NCBI GenBank assembly: GCA_045617585.1 | Contig: JAZLIW010000015.1 | Coordinates: forward strand, 689 to 64,688 | Direction: 5' to 3' | DNA length: 64,000 bases | DNA from: Eubacteriales bacterium | Lineage (GTDB): Bacteria; Bacillota; Clostridia; Oscillospirales; CAG-272 | In this document: positions 8,647 to 17,701 of the stretch, one piece after another | How positions within the stretch are numbered: position 1 is the first letter of the stretch | Layout: every line of letters begins with the position of its first letter | Notes under the pieces: model-generated | Told to the model about the DNA's origin: nothing | Seen by the model: only the letters and a program-made list of their open reading frames with translations | Databases searched by the model: none | Program-made: the position numbers and the translations under genes

Positions 8647-9360
8647 TTACACCTTTGCGGCGATTTCGTCACGCAATTTGGCTATGATCTTCTTTTCCAG
8701 TCGGGAAATATAGGACTGTGAGATCCCGAGCAGATCCGCGACCTCCTTCTGCGTATGCTCCTTTCTGCCGTTCATACCGAAGCGCAGCTCGATGATCTCC
8801 CGCTCCCGCGGCGTCAGCTTGCGCAGTGCGTCCGCCACGGTTTTCCGGTCCTCGTCCGATTCGAGCTGCCGGTACACGCTCTCCCCGTCCGAGCCGATCA
8901 CGTCGGACAGATGCAGATCGTTGCCCTCCCCGTCGGTCGAGAGCGGCTCGTCGATCGAGATCTCCGCCCGTCTTCCCGCGCACTTCCGCAAATACATCAG
9001 GATCTCATTCTCGATGCAGCGGGAGGCGTAGGTCGCCAGCTTGATCCCCTTGTCCCGCCGGAAGGTCCGCACGCCCTTGATCAGCCCGATCGTCCCGATC
9101 GAGATCAGGTCCTCGATCCCGACGCCGGTGTTGTCAAAGCGTTTGGCGATGTACACGACGAGGCGCAGATTGTGCTCGATCAGCGTCCCGCCGACGTCCT
9201 CTCCGTTTTCCAGCCGTTCGAGCGTCCTCGCCTCTTCCTCCGGCGTCAGCGGCTCGGGGAGCGCCTCCGACCCGCCGACATAGTACAGTTCCTCCCCAAA
9301 CAGCCGGGAGATCAGCCGAAGCAGGCGAGAAAGCCCGCCGGAAATCCGTCTTTCCGTCAT
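8647..9360 (-). CDS. sigE: RNA polymerase sporulation sigma factor SigE (pro-sigma-E, 237 aa)
   Basis: C-terminal part of ORF 8647..10194. ATG at 9360. Pro-sequence and processing region [15 protein letters not shown]. Motifs [45 protein letters not shown] and [12 protein letters not shown]. Confidence 0.92.
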   Translation of the reverse strand: MTERRISGGLSRLLRLISRLFGEELYYVGGSEALPEPLTPEEEARTLERLENGEDVGGTLIEHNLRLVVYIAKRFDNTGVGIEDLISIGTIGLIKGVRTFRRDKGIKLATYASRCIENEILMYLRKCAGRRAEISIDEPLSTDGEGNDLHLSDVIGSDGESVYRQLESDEDRKTVADALRKLTPREREIIELRFGMNGRKEHTQKEVADLLGISQSYISRLEKKIIAKLRDEIAAKV

Positions 9361-10166
9361 TTCTTTACCTTTTCTTTCTCCGTAACCTCTTTTTCCGGGA
9401 TCAGGCAGGCGGGGACGACCGTCTCGTTCCCGTCCGTCATGGCGACGCAGCAATCCACGTTTCTGCCCGCGACGCTGCACCTCCGCGGCAGAAATCCGGT
9501 CAGGATCCCCTCTCCGTTCACCGTCCGGAACGGAACAACGCGCATCCGTTCGGGCGGCGGGTCGGGCAGGAGCCGCTTCGGCAGCAGGATCACGGGGAGA
9601 CCGGAGAGAGGCTCCCGCAGGAAATTCCCGGTATCCGGGATCCCGGTCACGCTCACGGTCCGGTCCCCGCATTCCACCGTAACGCGGACCGAACGCGCTC
9701 TGCCGCGGGCGGCACGGCGTGCCGTCAGCAGCGTGAAGACGCCGAAACCGACCGCGCACAGAAGCAGCCATCCCGCCGGGATCCCCGTTCCCCCGCCCGC
9801 GCCGCTTTCCGGGTGGTATTCCGTCCCCGTCAGACGGTTGAAGAGCGCGAAGCCCGCCGTCATTCCCCCGCCGATGAGGAACGAGACGACGTAGAAGACC
9901 GCGACCCCGAGCGAACCGCAGCCGGGAACGCTCATTTCGCAGAGCAGGACCGAGACCGCAATATGTAAGATCAGCGCGACCAGCGAATTTCCGGGCAGGA
10001 GCACGGACGCGACGGCGTAGACCCCGCCGAGCGCGGAGGCTGCTGCGGCGGCTTTCTTTTTCAGCCGTTTTCCGAGCAGACGCGCCGTCAGAAAAAGGAG
10101 AAAATAGTCCATCGAAAAGTTGATCATAAACAGAACGTCCGCGTAGATCACCCGGGTCTCTTCCAT
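9357..10166 (-). CDS. spoIIGA: sigma-E processing peptidase SpoIIGA
   Basis: ORF 9357..10166(-). Multi-pass membrane N-terminal domain. Aspartic protease motif [17 protein letters not shown] (compare B. subtilis DSGNQLYDPLT). ATGA overlap with sigE. Confidence 0.88.
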   Translation of the reverse strand: MEETRVIYADVLFMINFSMDYFLLFLTARLLGKRLKKKAAAAASALGGVYAVASVLLPGNSLVALILHIAVSVLLCEMSVPGCGSLGVAVFYVVSFLIGGGMTAGFALFNRLTGTEYHPESGAGGGTGIPAGWLLLCAVGFGVFTLLTARRAARGRARSVRVTVECGDRTVSVTGIPDTGNFLREPLSGLPVILLPKRLLPDPPPERMRVVPFRTVNGEGILTGFLPRRCSVAGRNVDCCVAMTDGNETVVPACLIPEKEVTEKEKVKK

Positions 10167-10192
10167 CGGTCTTCCCTCCGTTCACCGGGATC

Positions 10193-10226
10193 ATTGTAGC
10201 ACTCTTCCCGCGCAGAAGCGGTCGGT
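10193..10226 (-). promoter_or_regulatory. candidate spoIIG-type promoter: ACCGACC-21 nt-TGCTACAAT
   Basis: The minus strand reads ACCGACC (10226..10220), a 21-nt spacer, then TACAAT (10198..10193) preceded by TGC. The geometry matches the spoIIE promoter in this window. Confidence 0.4.
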
Positions 10227-10242
10227 TTTTGGGGCGGAAAAC

Positions 10243-10277
10243 AAAAAAGGGGCTGCTGCACTGACGCGCAGCAGCCC
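10243..10277 (-). terminator. rho-independent terminator after the PH-domain gene
   Basis: The minus strand reads GGGCTGCTGCGC-GTCAGT-GCAGCAGCCCC followed by TTTTTTG. Confidence 0.75.
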
Positions 10278-10293
10278 ACGATGAAGGGCGCCG

Positions 10294-10857
10294 TTATTCT
10301 TCGCTTCCCGGGCGGAGATCGTTCGGCCGGAACAGATCCGCCGCGTTTTCGTTCCGGTACTGCCGGATAAGCTTTTCGACGGTATCGTATTCCGTGATCG
10401 CCGGGATCTCAAGCAGCTCCGACGAGCCGATCTGAATGCTGCCGGTCCCGCGCATTTTTTCAAAGATGCCCCGTTTCACCTGGACGGTCAGCGCGTCCAC
10501 GACGGTTTTTGACGCCGTTGACATCGAAAAAACGCCGCCCGAGACGTAAACCGTCCGGTTCGTCACCATCCACCAGCTGTTTTTGTACCGTTTCACGGCA
10601 AAAATGAGATTACCGAGATAGAGCCAGACCGGCAGCAGATGCAGAAGAAAAAACAGAAGGAGGAAGTATTCCCCGCCCCCCTCCGAAAAGATGCCCGCGA
10701 TCGCCGAGCCGTCGATCAGGACCCAGACGATCGAGAACGGAAGCAGGATGTTAAAAACGCTTTTCAGGAGAAACGTGCCCTTTTCCGGCTTGCCTTCCCG
10801 CAGAACGTACTCGTCGGGAAGCATTTTTTCCCGCAGAGGATTGTATTCCATTGTCAT
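10294..10857 (-). CDS. membrane-anchored bacterial PH domain protein (bPH_2/YdbS-like)
   Basis: ORF 10294..10857(-). Two TM helices followed by a PH-like domain (WWMVTNRTVYVSGG...VQVKRGIFEKMRGTGSIQI). The start may be M3 (10851), given the SD spacing. Confidence 0.7.
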   Translation of the reverse strand: MTMEYNPLREKMLPDEYVLREGKPEKGTFLLKSVFNILLPFSIVWVLIDGSAIAGIFSEGGGEYFLLLFFLLHLLPVWLYLGNLIFAVKRYKNSWWMVTNRTVYVSGGVFSMSTASKTVVDALTVQVKRGIFEKMRGTGSIQIGSSELLEIPAITEYDTVEKLIRQYRNENAADLFRPNDLRPGSEE

Positions 10858-10934
10858 TTCCTTTCAGATCACATTTTTCGTTCCGTCCGTATCCATCGTA
10901 CCACGGTTTCCCCGGTTTGTCAATAAAAAACCTC

Positions 10935-10963
10935 TTGCCAGCCGGCGCCGTCCGTGCTATAAT
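10935..10963 (+). promoter_or_regulatory. sigma-A type promoter (TTGCCA-17-TATAAT with TGn) for the LRR protein gene
   Basis: TTGCCA at 10935-10940, a 17-nt spacer, then TGCTATAAT with the -10 at 10958-10963. Confidence 0.65.
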
Positions 10964-11000
10964 AAAGGAAAGAATCAAGAATACCGAACGGAGGAACCGT

Positions 11001-11696
11001 ATGAAACGCCGTTTTACCGCTTTCATCGCACTTGTACTGCTGCTGTTCACATCTCTGCCGACCGCCGCGGAGGAACTGCATGAAACCGATTCCGGCGTGG
11101 TTTACACCGTGGAAAACGGTGAAATCACGGTCGTCGGTTACCATTTTGCCGGGTTTACCCTGACGGTCCCAGCCGAGATCGACGGAATGCCCGTCACGAA
11201 GGTCGATAAGACCGCCTTCTACGGCGACAAAAACCTGACGTCCGTCACGCTGCCGGATACCGTGCGTGAAATCGGAGAGGACGCGTTTTCCTGCTGCGAC
11301 AACCTGACGAAGGTCGTCCTGCCGAAGGATCTGCCCGAGATCCCGCTCCGCTGCTTCCGCCTCTGCAAGGTCCTCCGGGAGGTCACCATGCCGGAGACCG
11401 TCCGCGTGATCGGTCCCTCCGCGTTCGAGGGCTGCCTGATGCTTGAATCGGTCGTCGTCCCCGCCTCGGTCACCGAGATCGGCCACGACGCGTTCTCCGG
11501 CTGCGGCTCCCTCGTGCTTGACTGTACCGACAGCCCGCTCGGAGAGCAATACGCCGGGGAAAACGGTCTGTTCACGCTGCGGACCGCCAAGTCCTCCCCG
11601 CTCCCGACGATCCTCCTGCTGACTGCCGTGCTTGCCGCCGTACTGATCGCCGTTGAGCTTTTCCTCAAAAAAGCGGGGAAAAAGCGGGAAAAATGA
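11001..11696 (+). CDS. secreted BspA-type leucine-rich-repeat protein with C-terminal TM anchor
   Basis: In-frame part of ORF 10851..11696. ATG at 11001 follows SD GGAGG. Signal peptide MKRRFTAFIALVLLLFTSLPTAA. Repeats of the form F..C..L..V.LP..V..IG..AF. C-terminal helix ILLLTAVLAAVLIAVELF. Confidence 0.75.
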   Translation: MKRRFTAFIALVLLLFTSLPTAAEELHETDSGVVYTVENGEITVVGYHFAGFTLTVPAEIDGMPVTKVDKTAFYGDKNLTSVTLPDTVREIGEDAFSCCDNLTKVVLPKDLPEIPLRCFRLCKVLREVTMPETVRVIGPSAFEGCLMLESVVVPASVTEIGHDAFSGCGSLVLDCTDSPLGEQYAGENGLFTLRTAKSSPLPTILLLTAVLAAVLIAVELFLKKAGKKREK

Positions 11697-11708
11697 TCTC
11701 AAAACAAA

Positions 11709-11756
11709 AATGCCGCTGCCGGAAGACGGAAACGTGTCTTCCGGCAGCGGTTTTTC
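11709..11756. terminator. bidirectional terminator between convergent LRR and M16 genes
   Basis: CCGCTGCCGGAAGAC (11713-11727) pairs with GTCTTCCGGCAGCGG (11736-11750). A-rich 5' flank and T5 3' flank. Confidence 0.8.
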
Positions 11757-11774
11757 ATTCGGTTTCGGAATGCG

Positions 11775-14666
11775 TCAGGTCAGGGAGATTACTTCGTCGA
11801 ACAGTTCAGGCGCCGACTCGATCGCGGCGCGGGAGCCGATCACGCAGTAAGCGCACTGCGGCAGCAGCCCTTCCAGCTTTTCCGCAAAGGCACTGAGGGA
11901 TTCCCCGGAGGTGTGCAGCATCTCACGGCGGATCACGGCGCGTTCCTCCGGATCTCTGCGGCGCAGATACCCGGCGATCGCCGTTTCCCCGGCGGTATGC
12001 GGCGTCTGCAGCGGATCGGATTCACCGACCGCGCCGATGATCAGGCTGTTCAGGTCCTTTTCCTCCGGGATCGATCCGGCAAGGACCTTTCCGATCTCAC
12101 GGAAGGCCTTGAGCGAGCCGATCGCGTTCGGATCGCGGTAGCTCGTGAAGCGGAGCGCGCCGTTTTCGTTGACGATCATCCGGACGCCGTACGCGCCGTT
12201 CTGCACGCGGACGGTGTTCCACAGATAGCTGTAAGTCAGGTAGGAAGCGGCGACGCTCATATCACCGGTGTACCGGACGCCCGCCTTTTCCATATTCAGT
12301 CCGAGCGCGGTGAAGCTGATCTCCGAGGGGATGACGATCGCCTCCCTGCGCAGACCGAACGGCTGGTACGCGTTGGGCTCCGTGACCGAGCCCGTATCGT
12401 CAAACGCGGAGATCAGCTCTTCGGAATACGCGGCGGAGGGATGCCCGATCTGACCGACGGTCAGACGGGCACGGCTGATCAGCCGTTTCGCCAGCGCCTC
12501 CAGTCCGGCGCAGAAGTCCTCCGGATCGTTCTTCAGCGCTTCTCCGGCGCGCACGAGCCAACGGTACTGCTCAAGTCCCGAGACGTATTCGTTCGCCAGC
12601 CCGCCCGGCGTGAAGCAGGCGCTCACTCTCGACGAGGCGAAGGTCGTGCCCGCCGACTTGATGATCTCCCGCATCCGGAGCTGTCTCTGGCTGAGGATCT
12701 GACCGACGCGCTTTGCGTCGGAATAAACCGTGTCGCGGAGCAGCTCCGCCGCGAAGCCTGCCGCCTCTTTCTCCTTGCTGTCAAGGATGCTCATGTGCGC
12801 GGTGAAATACACCCTGGCCCGGTCTGCCGTCTCGGAGATCGGCAGCACGTTCGTGTAGAAGGCGCCGAAGTTCATTTTCATCAGCTTCTGCAGGGTCAGG
12901 CTGTCGTGCTGCTTCGTCGGCAGTTCGCCGATCAGGGAGCAGAGGAAGTTGCTGCACGCGACCTCCTCCGGCGTAAGGTCGGACGCGTCGAAGAAGAGAT
13001 TGGTGTACACGATGCCGGAGGTATCCTGCGGCGCGTGAAGGACCGGACGTCCCAGGACCTCGCTCACCTCCAGCGGAAATTCCTCGGGCGTCTCGGAGAC
13101 CTCCGAGAGCGGCAGGACGGGCAGCGTCGCAAGCGCCTCGGGAGAGTCGGGCGTTCTCTGCGCTTCGAGCAGTGCCGCCGCCTCGGCACGGATGCGGTCC
13201 AGCTCCCCTTCGCCGAGAGAAGCCGTCAGTTCCTCCAGCTTTTTCCTTCCGGCGGCAAGCTTTTCCTCGCCGTATTCCGCCGAGGGATCGAGCCAGACCG
13301 ACGCGCGGTGCGGATTGTCGAGGATCACTTCGGCAAGCAGCTTTTCGTACCAGCCGGTATCGACGTTCGCACGGAGGTGCTCAAAGGCCTCGTTCATCTC
13401 CAGCCATTCCGCCGGATCGCCTCCGTACAGCCAGGATTCGAGGATCTGCATCCCGTAGACCAGTCCCTTCGGGGTGCGCCCGAAGTCCCGCTCCTTCGTG
13501 GAGAACTCCATCGTATTGATCGTGGCGAGCAGCTGCTCCCGGTCCAGTCCGTTTTCGCACAGACCGCGGAGCGTATCGCGGATCACGCGCTTCAGCTCCT
13601 CTTTCTTCCCGGGAGCCGTGTTCTTGACGCTGATCACCGCCTCAAGGAAACGGGTTCCGCTGTCTACGTCAAACGAAACAGACTCCGCCAGTTCCTTTTC
13701 GAGAACGGCACGGCAGAGCGGCGAGTCGTTGGTCTCCGCGATGACGGAGGAAACGATGCTCATGCCGAGCGCCTTTTCCTTATCGTTAAACTCGCCGAAC
13801 ACGTACCCTTCCATATACCGGGAACGGTTCTCCGTGCTCTCTCCCGTTCCGATCTCATAGAGCCCTTCGGCGTCCCCGCCATCGACCTGCTTCTGATCGG
13901 CGATCCGGGGCAGATCCTCCAAACGGTCGAAGTCCTTCAGATAGGAATCGAGCAGAGCGAATACCTCCTCCGTCGGGATCCTGCCGTCGAGGACGATATA
14001 GGAGTTCGAGGGGTGGTAATATTTGCGGTACGAGGCCACGAACTGCTCGTAGGTCAGTTCCGGGATCGCGTCCGGCGCGCCGCCCGACTCAAAGCGGTAG
14101 CAGGTATCCGGGTACAGCTGACGCATGAGCTGCTTGTGGATCTGACGGTCCACCGAGGTATATGCGCCCTTCATCTCGCTGTACACGACGCCGCTGCGCG
14201 TCAGCACGCCGTCGTCGCCGACCTCGTAATGCCAGCCCTCCTGACGGAAGATCTCCGGCTTATGAAGAATGGCGGGACGGAACACCGCGTCGAGATAGAC
14301 CTCGGTGAGGTTCAGAAAATCGCGGCGGTTTCTCGAAGAGACGGGATAGAAGGTCTTATCCGAAAAGGTCATCGCGTTGAGGAAGGTATTGAGCGAGGTG
14401 CGGAGGAGGTTGACGAACGGTTCCTTGACCGGGAACTTGTCCGAGCCGCAGAGCACGGAATGCTCAAGGATATGGAAAACGCCGGTGTCGTCCTCGGGTG
14501 TGGTCTTGAACGCGATCCCGAAGACCATGTTGGTGTCGTCCCGATCCAGCCAGATGGCGCGCGCGCCGTTTTTGTCGTAGGTCAGCTCGACCATTTCCGC
14601 CCTGGTCTCCGGCAGAAAGCGGGTGCTGGTTACGGTAAAGCCGTGCAGTTTCTCACCTGTTTTCAT
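11775..14666 (-). CDS. M16C family zinc metallopeptidase (PreP/insulinase-like, 963 aa)
   Basis: ORF 11775..14666(-). Inverted zinc motif HILEHSVLCGS, then FVNLLRTSLNTFLNAMTFSDKTFYP. SD AAAGGAG. Confidence 0.9.
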   Translation of the reverse strand: MKTGEKLHGFTVTSTRFLPETRAEMVELTYDKNGARAIWLDRDDTNMVFGIAFKTTPEDDTGVFHILEHSVLCGSDKFPVKEPFVNLLRTSLNTFLNAMTFSDKTFYPVSSRNRRDFLNLTEVYLDAVFRPAILHKPEIFRQEGWHYEVGDDGVLTRSGVVYSEMKGAYTSVDRQIHKQLMRQLYPDTCYRFESGGAPDAIPELTYEQFVASYRKYYHPSNSYIVLDGRIPTEEVFALLDSYLKDFDRLEDLPRIADQKQVDGGDAEGLYEIGTGESTENRSRYMEGYVFGEFNDKEKALGMSIVSSVIAETNDSPLCRAVLEKELAESVSFDVDSGTRFLEAVISVKNTAPGKKEELKRVIRDTLRGLCENGLDREQLLATINTMEFSTKERDFGRTPKGLVYGMQILESWLYGGDPAEWLEMNEAFEHLRANVDTGWYEKLLAEVILDNPHRASVWLDPSAEYGEEKLAAGRKKLEELTASLGEGELDRIRAEAAALLEAQRTPDSPEALATLPVLPLSEVSETPEEFPLEVSEVLGRPVLHAPQDTSGIVYTNLFFDASDLTPEEVACSNFLCSLIGELPTKQHDSLTLQKLMKMNFGAFYTNVLPISETADRARVYFTAHMSILDSKEKEAAGFAAELLRDTVYSDAKRVGQILSQRQLRMREIIKSAGTTFASSRVSACFTPGGLANEYVSGLEQYRWLVRAGEALKNDPEDFCAGLEALAKRLISRARLTVGQIGHPSAAYSEELISAFDDTGSVTEPNAYQPFGLRREAIVIPSEISFTALGLNMEKAGVRYTGDMSVAASYLTYSYLWNTVRVQNGAYGVRMIVNENGALRFTSYRDPNAIGSLKAFREIGKVLAGSIPEEKDLNSLIIGAVGESDPLQTPHTAGETAIAGYLRRRDPEERAVIRREMLHTSGESLSAFAEKLEGLLPQCAYCVIGSRAAIESAPELFDEVISLT

Positions 14667-14708
14667 CTTGGTTCTCCTTTGTTTCCATCATTATCTGTTG
14701 ATTCTTTT

Positions 14709-14737
14709 ATTATACACCAAAAAAGCCGGGATAGCAA
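14709..14737 (-). promoter_or_regulatory. sigma-A type promoter (TTGCTA-17-TATAAT) for the M16 peptidase gene
   Basis: The minus strand reads TTGCTA (14737..14732), a 17-nt spacer, then TATAAT (14714..14709). Confidence 0.6.
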
Positions 14738-14781
14738 GACGGGAACGATATTTCTTTTCTGTGAAAAGTTCCGGAAACCCC

Positions 14782-14810
14782 TTGCTTTTTTTCCTTCTAT
14801 ATGATATAAT
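14782..14810 (+). promoter_or_regulatory. sigma-A type promoter (TTGCTT-17-TGATATAAT) for the SRP RNA
   Basis: TTGCTT at 14782-14787, a 17-nt spacer, then extended -10 TGATATAAT ending at 14810. Confidence 0.7.
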
Positions 14811-14816
14811 ATATGT

Positions 14817-14976
14817 TGCCGGAGCGATCCGGTATCATTCGCCGAAAGCGGGTCTTGTGCGATAGACCGCCGTGAACCATGTCAGGCGGGGAACCGAGCA
14901 GCATTAAGCGGAGTGGAATATGTGCCGCAAGGGTGCCTGTTTCGGCGAATGTTCTTTTTGATAACCGTCTCCGGTG
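14817..14976 (+). ncRNA. ffs: signal recognition particle RNA (S-domain hairpin); 3' end uncertain, anywhere from 14960 to ~15050
   Basis: GAACCATGTCAGGCGGGGAACCGAGCAGCATTAAGCG...ATGTGCCGCAAGGGTGCCTG closely parallels the B. subtilis scRNA domain IV (GAACCAUGUCAGGUCCGGAAGGAAGCAGCAUUAAG...AUGUGCCGCAGGGUUGCCUG). A 12-bp clamp pairs CATTCGCCGAAA (14836-14847) with TTTCGGCGAATG (14940-14951). The position upstream of dnaX is conserved in Firmicutes. Confidence 0.75.
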
Positions 14977-15099
14977 AAACGGAGGACTCGCCCGCATCGC
15001 GGCTACCCCAACGGCAGAAGCCGGGCGGCCGGTTGACGGGATTTTTTTGATTTTCCCCTTTCCGGGGCAAAACGGTAAACGGCAAGGAAAGGAACCGAT

Positions 15100-16689
15100 A
15101 TGAGCGCACATCAGGCACTGTACAGAAAGTGGAGACCCAAAACCTTTTCCGACGTCTGCGGTCAGGACCATATCACCTCGGTCCTGAAATACGAGGTCGA
15201 AAACGGCAGGACCTCCCACGCCTATCTTTTCTGCGGTTCCCGCGGTACCGGAAAAACCACCTGCGCCAAGATCCTCGCCCGCGCGGTGAACTGCGAGCAC
15301 CCCGTGGGCGGCGATCCCTGCGGCGTCTGCGAAAGCTGCCGCGCCATCGAGAGCGAGGCGGCGACCGACGTCATCGAGATGGATGCCGCGTCCAACAACG
15401 GCGTGGAATACATCCGCGATATCCGCGACGAGGTCATCTATACCCCCGCCATGGTGAAATACAGGGTCTACATCATCGACGAGGTCCATATGCTGTCTTC
15501 CAGCGCCTTCAACGCGCTGCTGAAAACGCTGGAGGAGCCGCCGGAGCACGTCGTCTTCATCCTTGCGACCACCGAGCTGCAGAAGATCCCGGCGACCATC
15601 CTCTCCCGCTGCCAGCGCTTCGACTTCCGCCGCATCCCGAACGACGTGATCGCGGCAAGACTGAAGTTCATCGCCGGGCAGGAATCGATCACCGTCTCCG
15701 ACGAGGCGCTTTCGATGCTGGCGCGGCTCGCCGCAGGCGGGATGCGCGACGCGGTCTCCCTGCTTGAACTCTGTGCCGGGGAGGGCAAACCGATCGACGC
15801 CCGGACCGTGATCGACATCGCGGGGATCAGCGGCAGAGAAATGCTGTCGCGGACGGTGCGCGCGGTGCTGGACGCCGATTACGAGGAGATCTTCTCGGTC
15901 GTTTCCTCCCTTTACGCCTCTTCCAAGGACCTCTCGGTCTTTTTCTCCGACCTGATCGGATACTACCGCGATATGCTGGTCATCAAAACGGCAAGGAATG
16001 CCGCCTCCTATCTGGAACTGACCGACGCCGAGCTCGATAGTCTGAAGGAAGACGCCGCCCGGTTCACGAAGGAGCTGCTGATCTGGCAGAGCCGCGTCCT
16101 CGACGACGCGTATCTGAACATGGCAAAGGGGACCGGCTCCAAGCGGCTGATCGCGGAAATGACGCTGATCCGCCTCTCGGACGCGCGTCTCGACCGCTCC
16201 GCCTCCGCGCTGATGGCGCGCATGGCGGCACTGGAAGAAAAGATGGCAGGCGGTGCGGCGTTTGCTCCCGCCGTCCGTCCGAAGGAAGCGGCGGCATCCA
16301 CCGCGGAGCGGCAGACGGAGGGATCACCGGCAAAGCGCGCAGATGACCCGCAGACCGGAAAGGCGGAAGAAGAAAGCAAAGCGGAGGCGCCGGTCCTCAC
16401 GCCGATCACTGGCTTTATCGAAGTGATCCGGAAGCTCGAGGCCTCGGACCCCGGCAGCGCTTCCCTTCTCAAAACGGCAAAGGCGGATTACGACGCGGGG
16501 CGGGACAGGATCGTTCTCACCGTGGAGAACGCGTTCTGCCGTTCCATGATCGACCGCGACAGCGTCAGAACGGCGCTCGCGTCGGCATTTACGGGCATCG
16601 CGGGAAACGGCCCGTGCAGAGCAGACATGATCGAGGTCCGGATCGCGCAGCGCCCGGCATCGGACGGCGCACCCGACCTTGATTTCTGA
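15100..16689 (+). CDS. dnaX: DNA polymerase III subunit gamma/tau
   Basis: ORF 15100..16689(+). Motifs [26 protein letters not shown], zinc module [16 protein letters not shown] and LKTLEEPP. Confidence 0.95.
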   Translation: MSAHQALYRKWRPKTFSDVCGQDHITSVLKYEVENGRTSHAYLFCGSRGTGKTTCAKILARAVNCEHPVGGDPCGVCESCRAIESEAATDVIEMDAASNNGVEYIRDIRDEVIYTPAMVKYRVYIIDEVHMLSSSAFNALLKTLEEPPEHVVFILATTELQKIPATILSRCQRFDFRRIPNDVIAARLKFIAGQESITVSDEALSMLARLAAGGMRDAVSLLELCAGEGKPIDARTVIDIAGISGREMLSRTVRAVLDADYEEIFSVVSSLYASSKDLSVFFSDLIGYYRDMLVIKTARNAASYLELTDAELDSLKEDAARFTKELLIWQSRVLDDAYLNMAKGTGSKRLIAEMTLIRLSDARLDRSASALMARMAALEEKMAGGAAFAPAVRPKEAAASTAERQTEGSPAKRADDPQTGKAEEESKAEAPVLTPITGFIEVIRKLEASDPGSASLLKTAKADYDAGRDRIVLTVENAFCRSMIDRDSVRTALASAFTGIAGNGPCRADMIEVRIAQRPASDGAPDLDF

Positions 16690-16724
16690 AAAATACAAGA
16701 AGACAAGAAAAAAGGAGATACGAC

Positions 16725-17072
16725 ATGAAAGCAAGATTACCGCAGGGTATGGGCGGCGGTCCCTCCAATATGCAGGGGATGCTCCGTCAGGCACAGAAAA
16801 TGCAGGAGCAGATGACCGCGCTGCAGGAAGAACTGGACGCGAAGGAATACGAAATCAAGGCGGGCGGCGGCGCCGTCACCGTGAAGATCAACGGGAAAAA
16901 GGAGATCCTTTCTCTCGACCTCAAGCCCGAGATCGTCGATCCCGACGACATCGAGATGCTTTCCGACGTGATCGTCGCGGCGGTCAACGAAGCCATCCGC
17001 ACGGTGGAGGACACGAACGCCGCTGAAATGTCCAAGGTCACCGGGGGCATGAACATCCCCGGGATGTTCTGA
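16725..17072 (+). CDS. ybaB: YbaB/EbfC family nucleoid-associated protein
   Basis: ORF 16725..17072(+). Motifs [12 protein letters not shown]...[29 protein letters not shown]. Conserved dnaX-ybaB-recR order. Confidence 0.93.
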   Translation: MKARLPQGMGGGPSNMQGMLRQAQKMQEQMTALQEELDAKEYEIKAGGGAVTVKINGKKEILSLDLKPEIVDPDDIEMLSDVIVAAVNEAIRTVEDTNAAEMSKVTGGMNIPGMF

Positions 17073-17680
17073 TGTCATCCGAATTCCTTCCGGCGGTGGA
17101 GGAGCTGGTCAACCGGTTCCGCCGCCTCCCCGGCATCGGAAAAAAGACCGCCGTCCGCCTTGCCTACTCCGTTTTAGACGGATCGGACGCGGACGCGAAG
17201 GCGTTTTCGGACGCGATCCTCAACGCAAAGTCAAGGATCACGCGCTGCACGGTCTGCGGCAATCTCAGCGAGGGCGGGCTCTGCCCCGTCTGCGCCGACG
17301 CGAAACGCGATTTTTCGACCGTCTGCGTGGTAGAGGACTGCCGCGCCGTCGGCTCCATGGAAAAAGTCAGAGAATTCCGCGGCGTCTATCACGTTCTCGG
17401 CGGGACCATCTCCCCCCTTGACGGCAGGACGCCCGAAATGCTCAATATCGCCTCCTTGACCGAGCGCGTCGCGGCGGGCGGCATCTCCGAGGTCATCCTC
17501 GCCACCAATCCCACGGTCGAAGGGGAAATGACCGCGCTTTATATCGCAAAACAACTCCGTCCGCTCGGCGTCCGCGTGACCCGTCTCGCTTACGGGATCC
17601 CGGTCGGCGGCGATCTGGAGTTTGCCGACGAAATGACGCTGTTCCGCGCCATGGACGGCAGAAAAGAAATCGAAGAATAA
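17072..17680 (+). CDS. recR: recombination protein RecR
   Basis: ORF 17072..17680(+). Motifs RLPGIGKKTAVRLAY, zinc finger CTVCGNLSEGGLCPVC and the Toprim region. 1-nt overlap with the ybaB stop. Confidence 0.95.
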   Translation: MSSEFLPAVEELVNRFRRLPGIGKKTAVRLAYSVLDGSDADAKAFSDAILNAKSRITRCTVCGNLSEGGLCPVCADAKRDFSTVCVVEDCRAVGSMEKVREFRGVYHVLGGTISPLDGRTPEMLNIASLTERVAAGGISEVILATNPTVEGEMTALYIAKQLRPLGVRVTRLAYGIPVGGDLEFADEMTLFRAMDGRKEIEE

Positions 17681-17701
17681 GAAACCAAGGAGAAAAGGAG
17701 C

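Noticed and set aside
8647-10194. A single 515-aa ORF covering both sigE and the spoIIGA region.
   Set aside because: Only the last 237 codons match sigma-E. The N-terminal 278 codons are an out-of-frame overlap of spoIIGA with R/G/P-rich nonsense. An ATG with ATGA coupling at 9360 gives a normal pro-sigma-E.
11913-14804. A 963-aa plus-strand ORF mirroring the M16 peptidase gene. Similar mirror ORFs lie at 5074..7785, 18913..21495, 40964..42982, 44516..47281, 55991..57787, 57878..59596 and 60692..62971.
   Set aside because: Each is antisense to a gene with clear homology (M16C, GH31, FtsK, ProRS, MltG/CPBP, GH127, the beta-helix lipoprotein and IMPDH). All show the same low-complexity R/G/D/V/A-rich composition. 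Several cross real gene boundaries.
15100-16689. An E. coli-style programmed -1 frameshift site in dnaX.
   Set aside because: I saw no A-AAA-AAG-type slippery heptamer followed by a stem-loop in the gene. This was a visual scan only.
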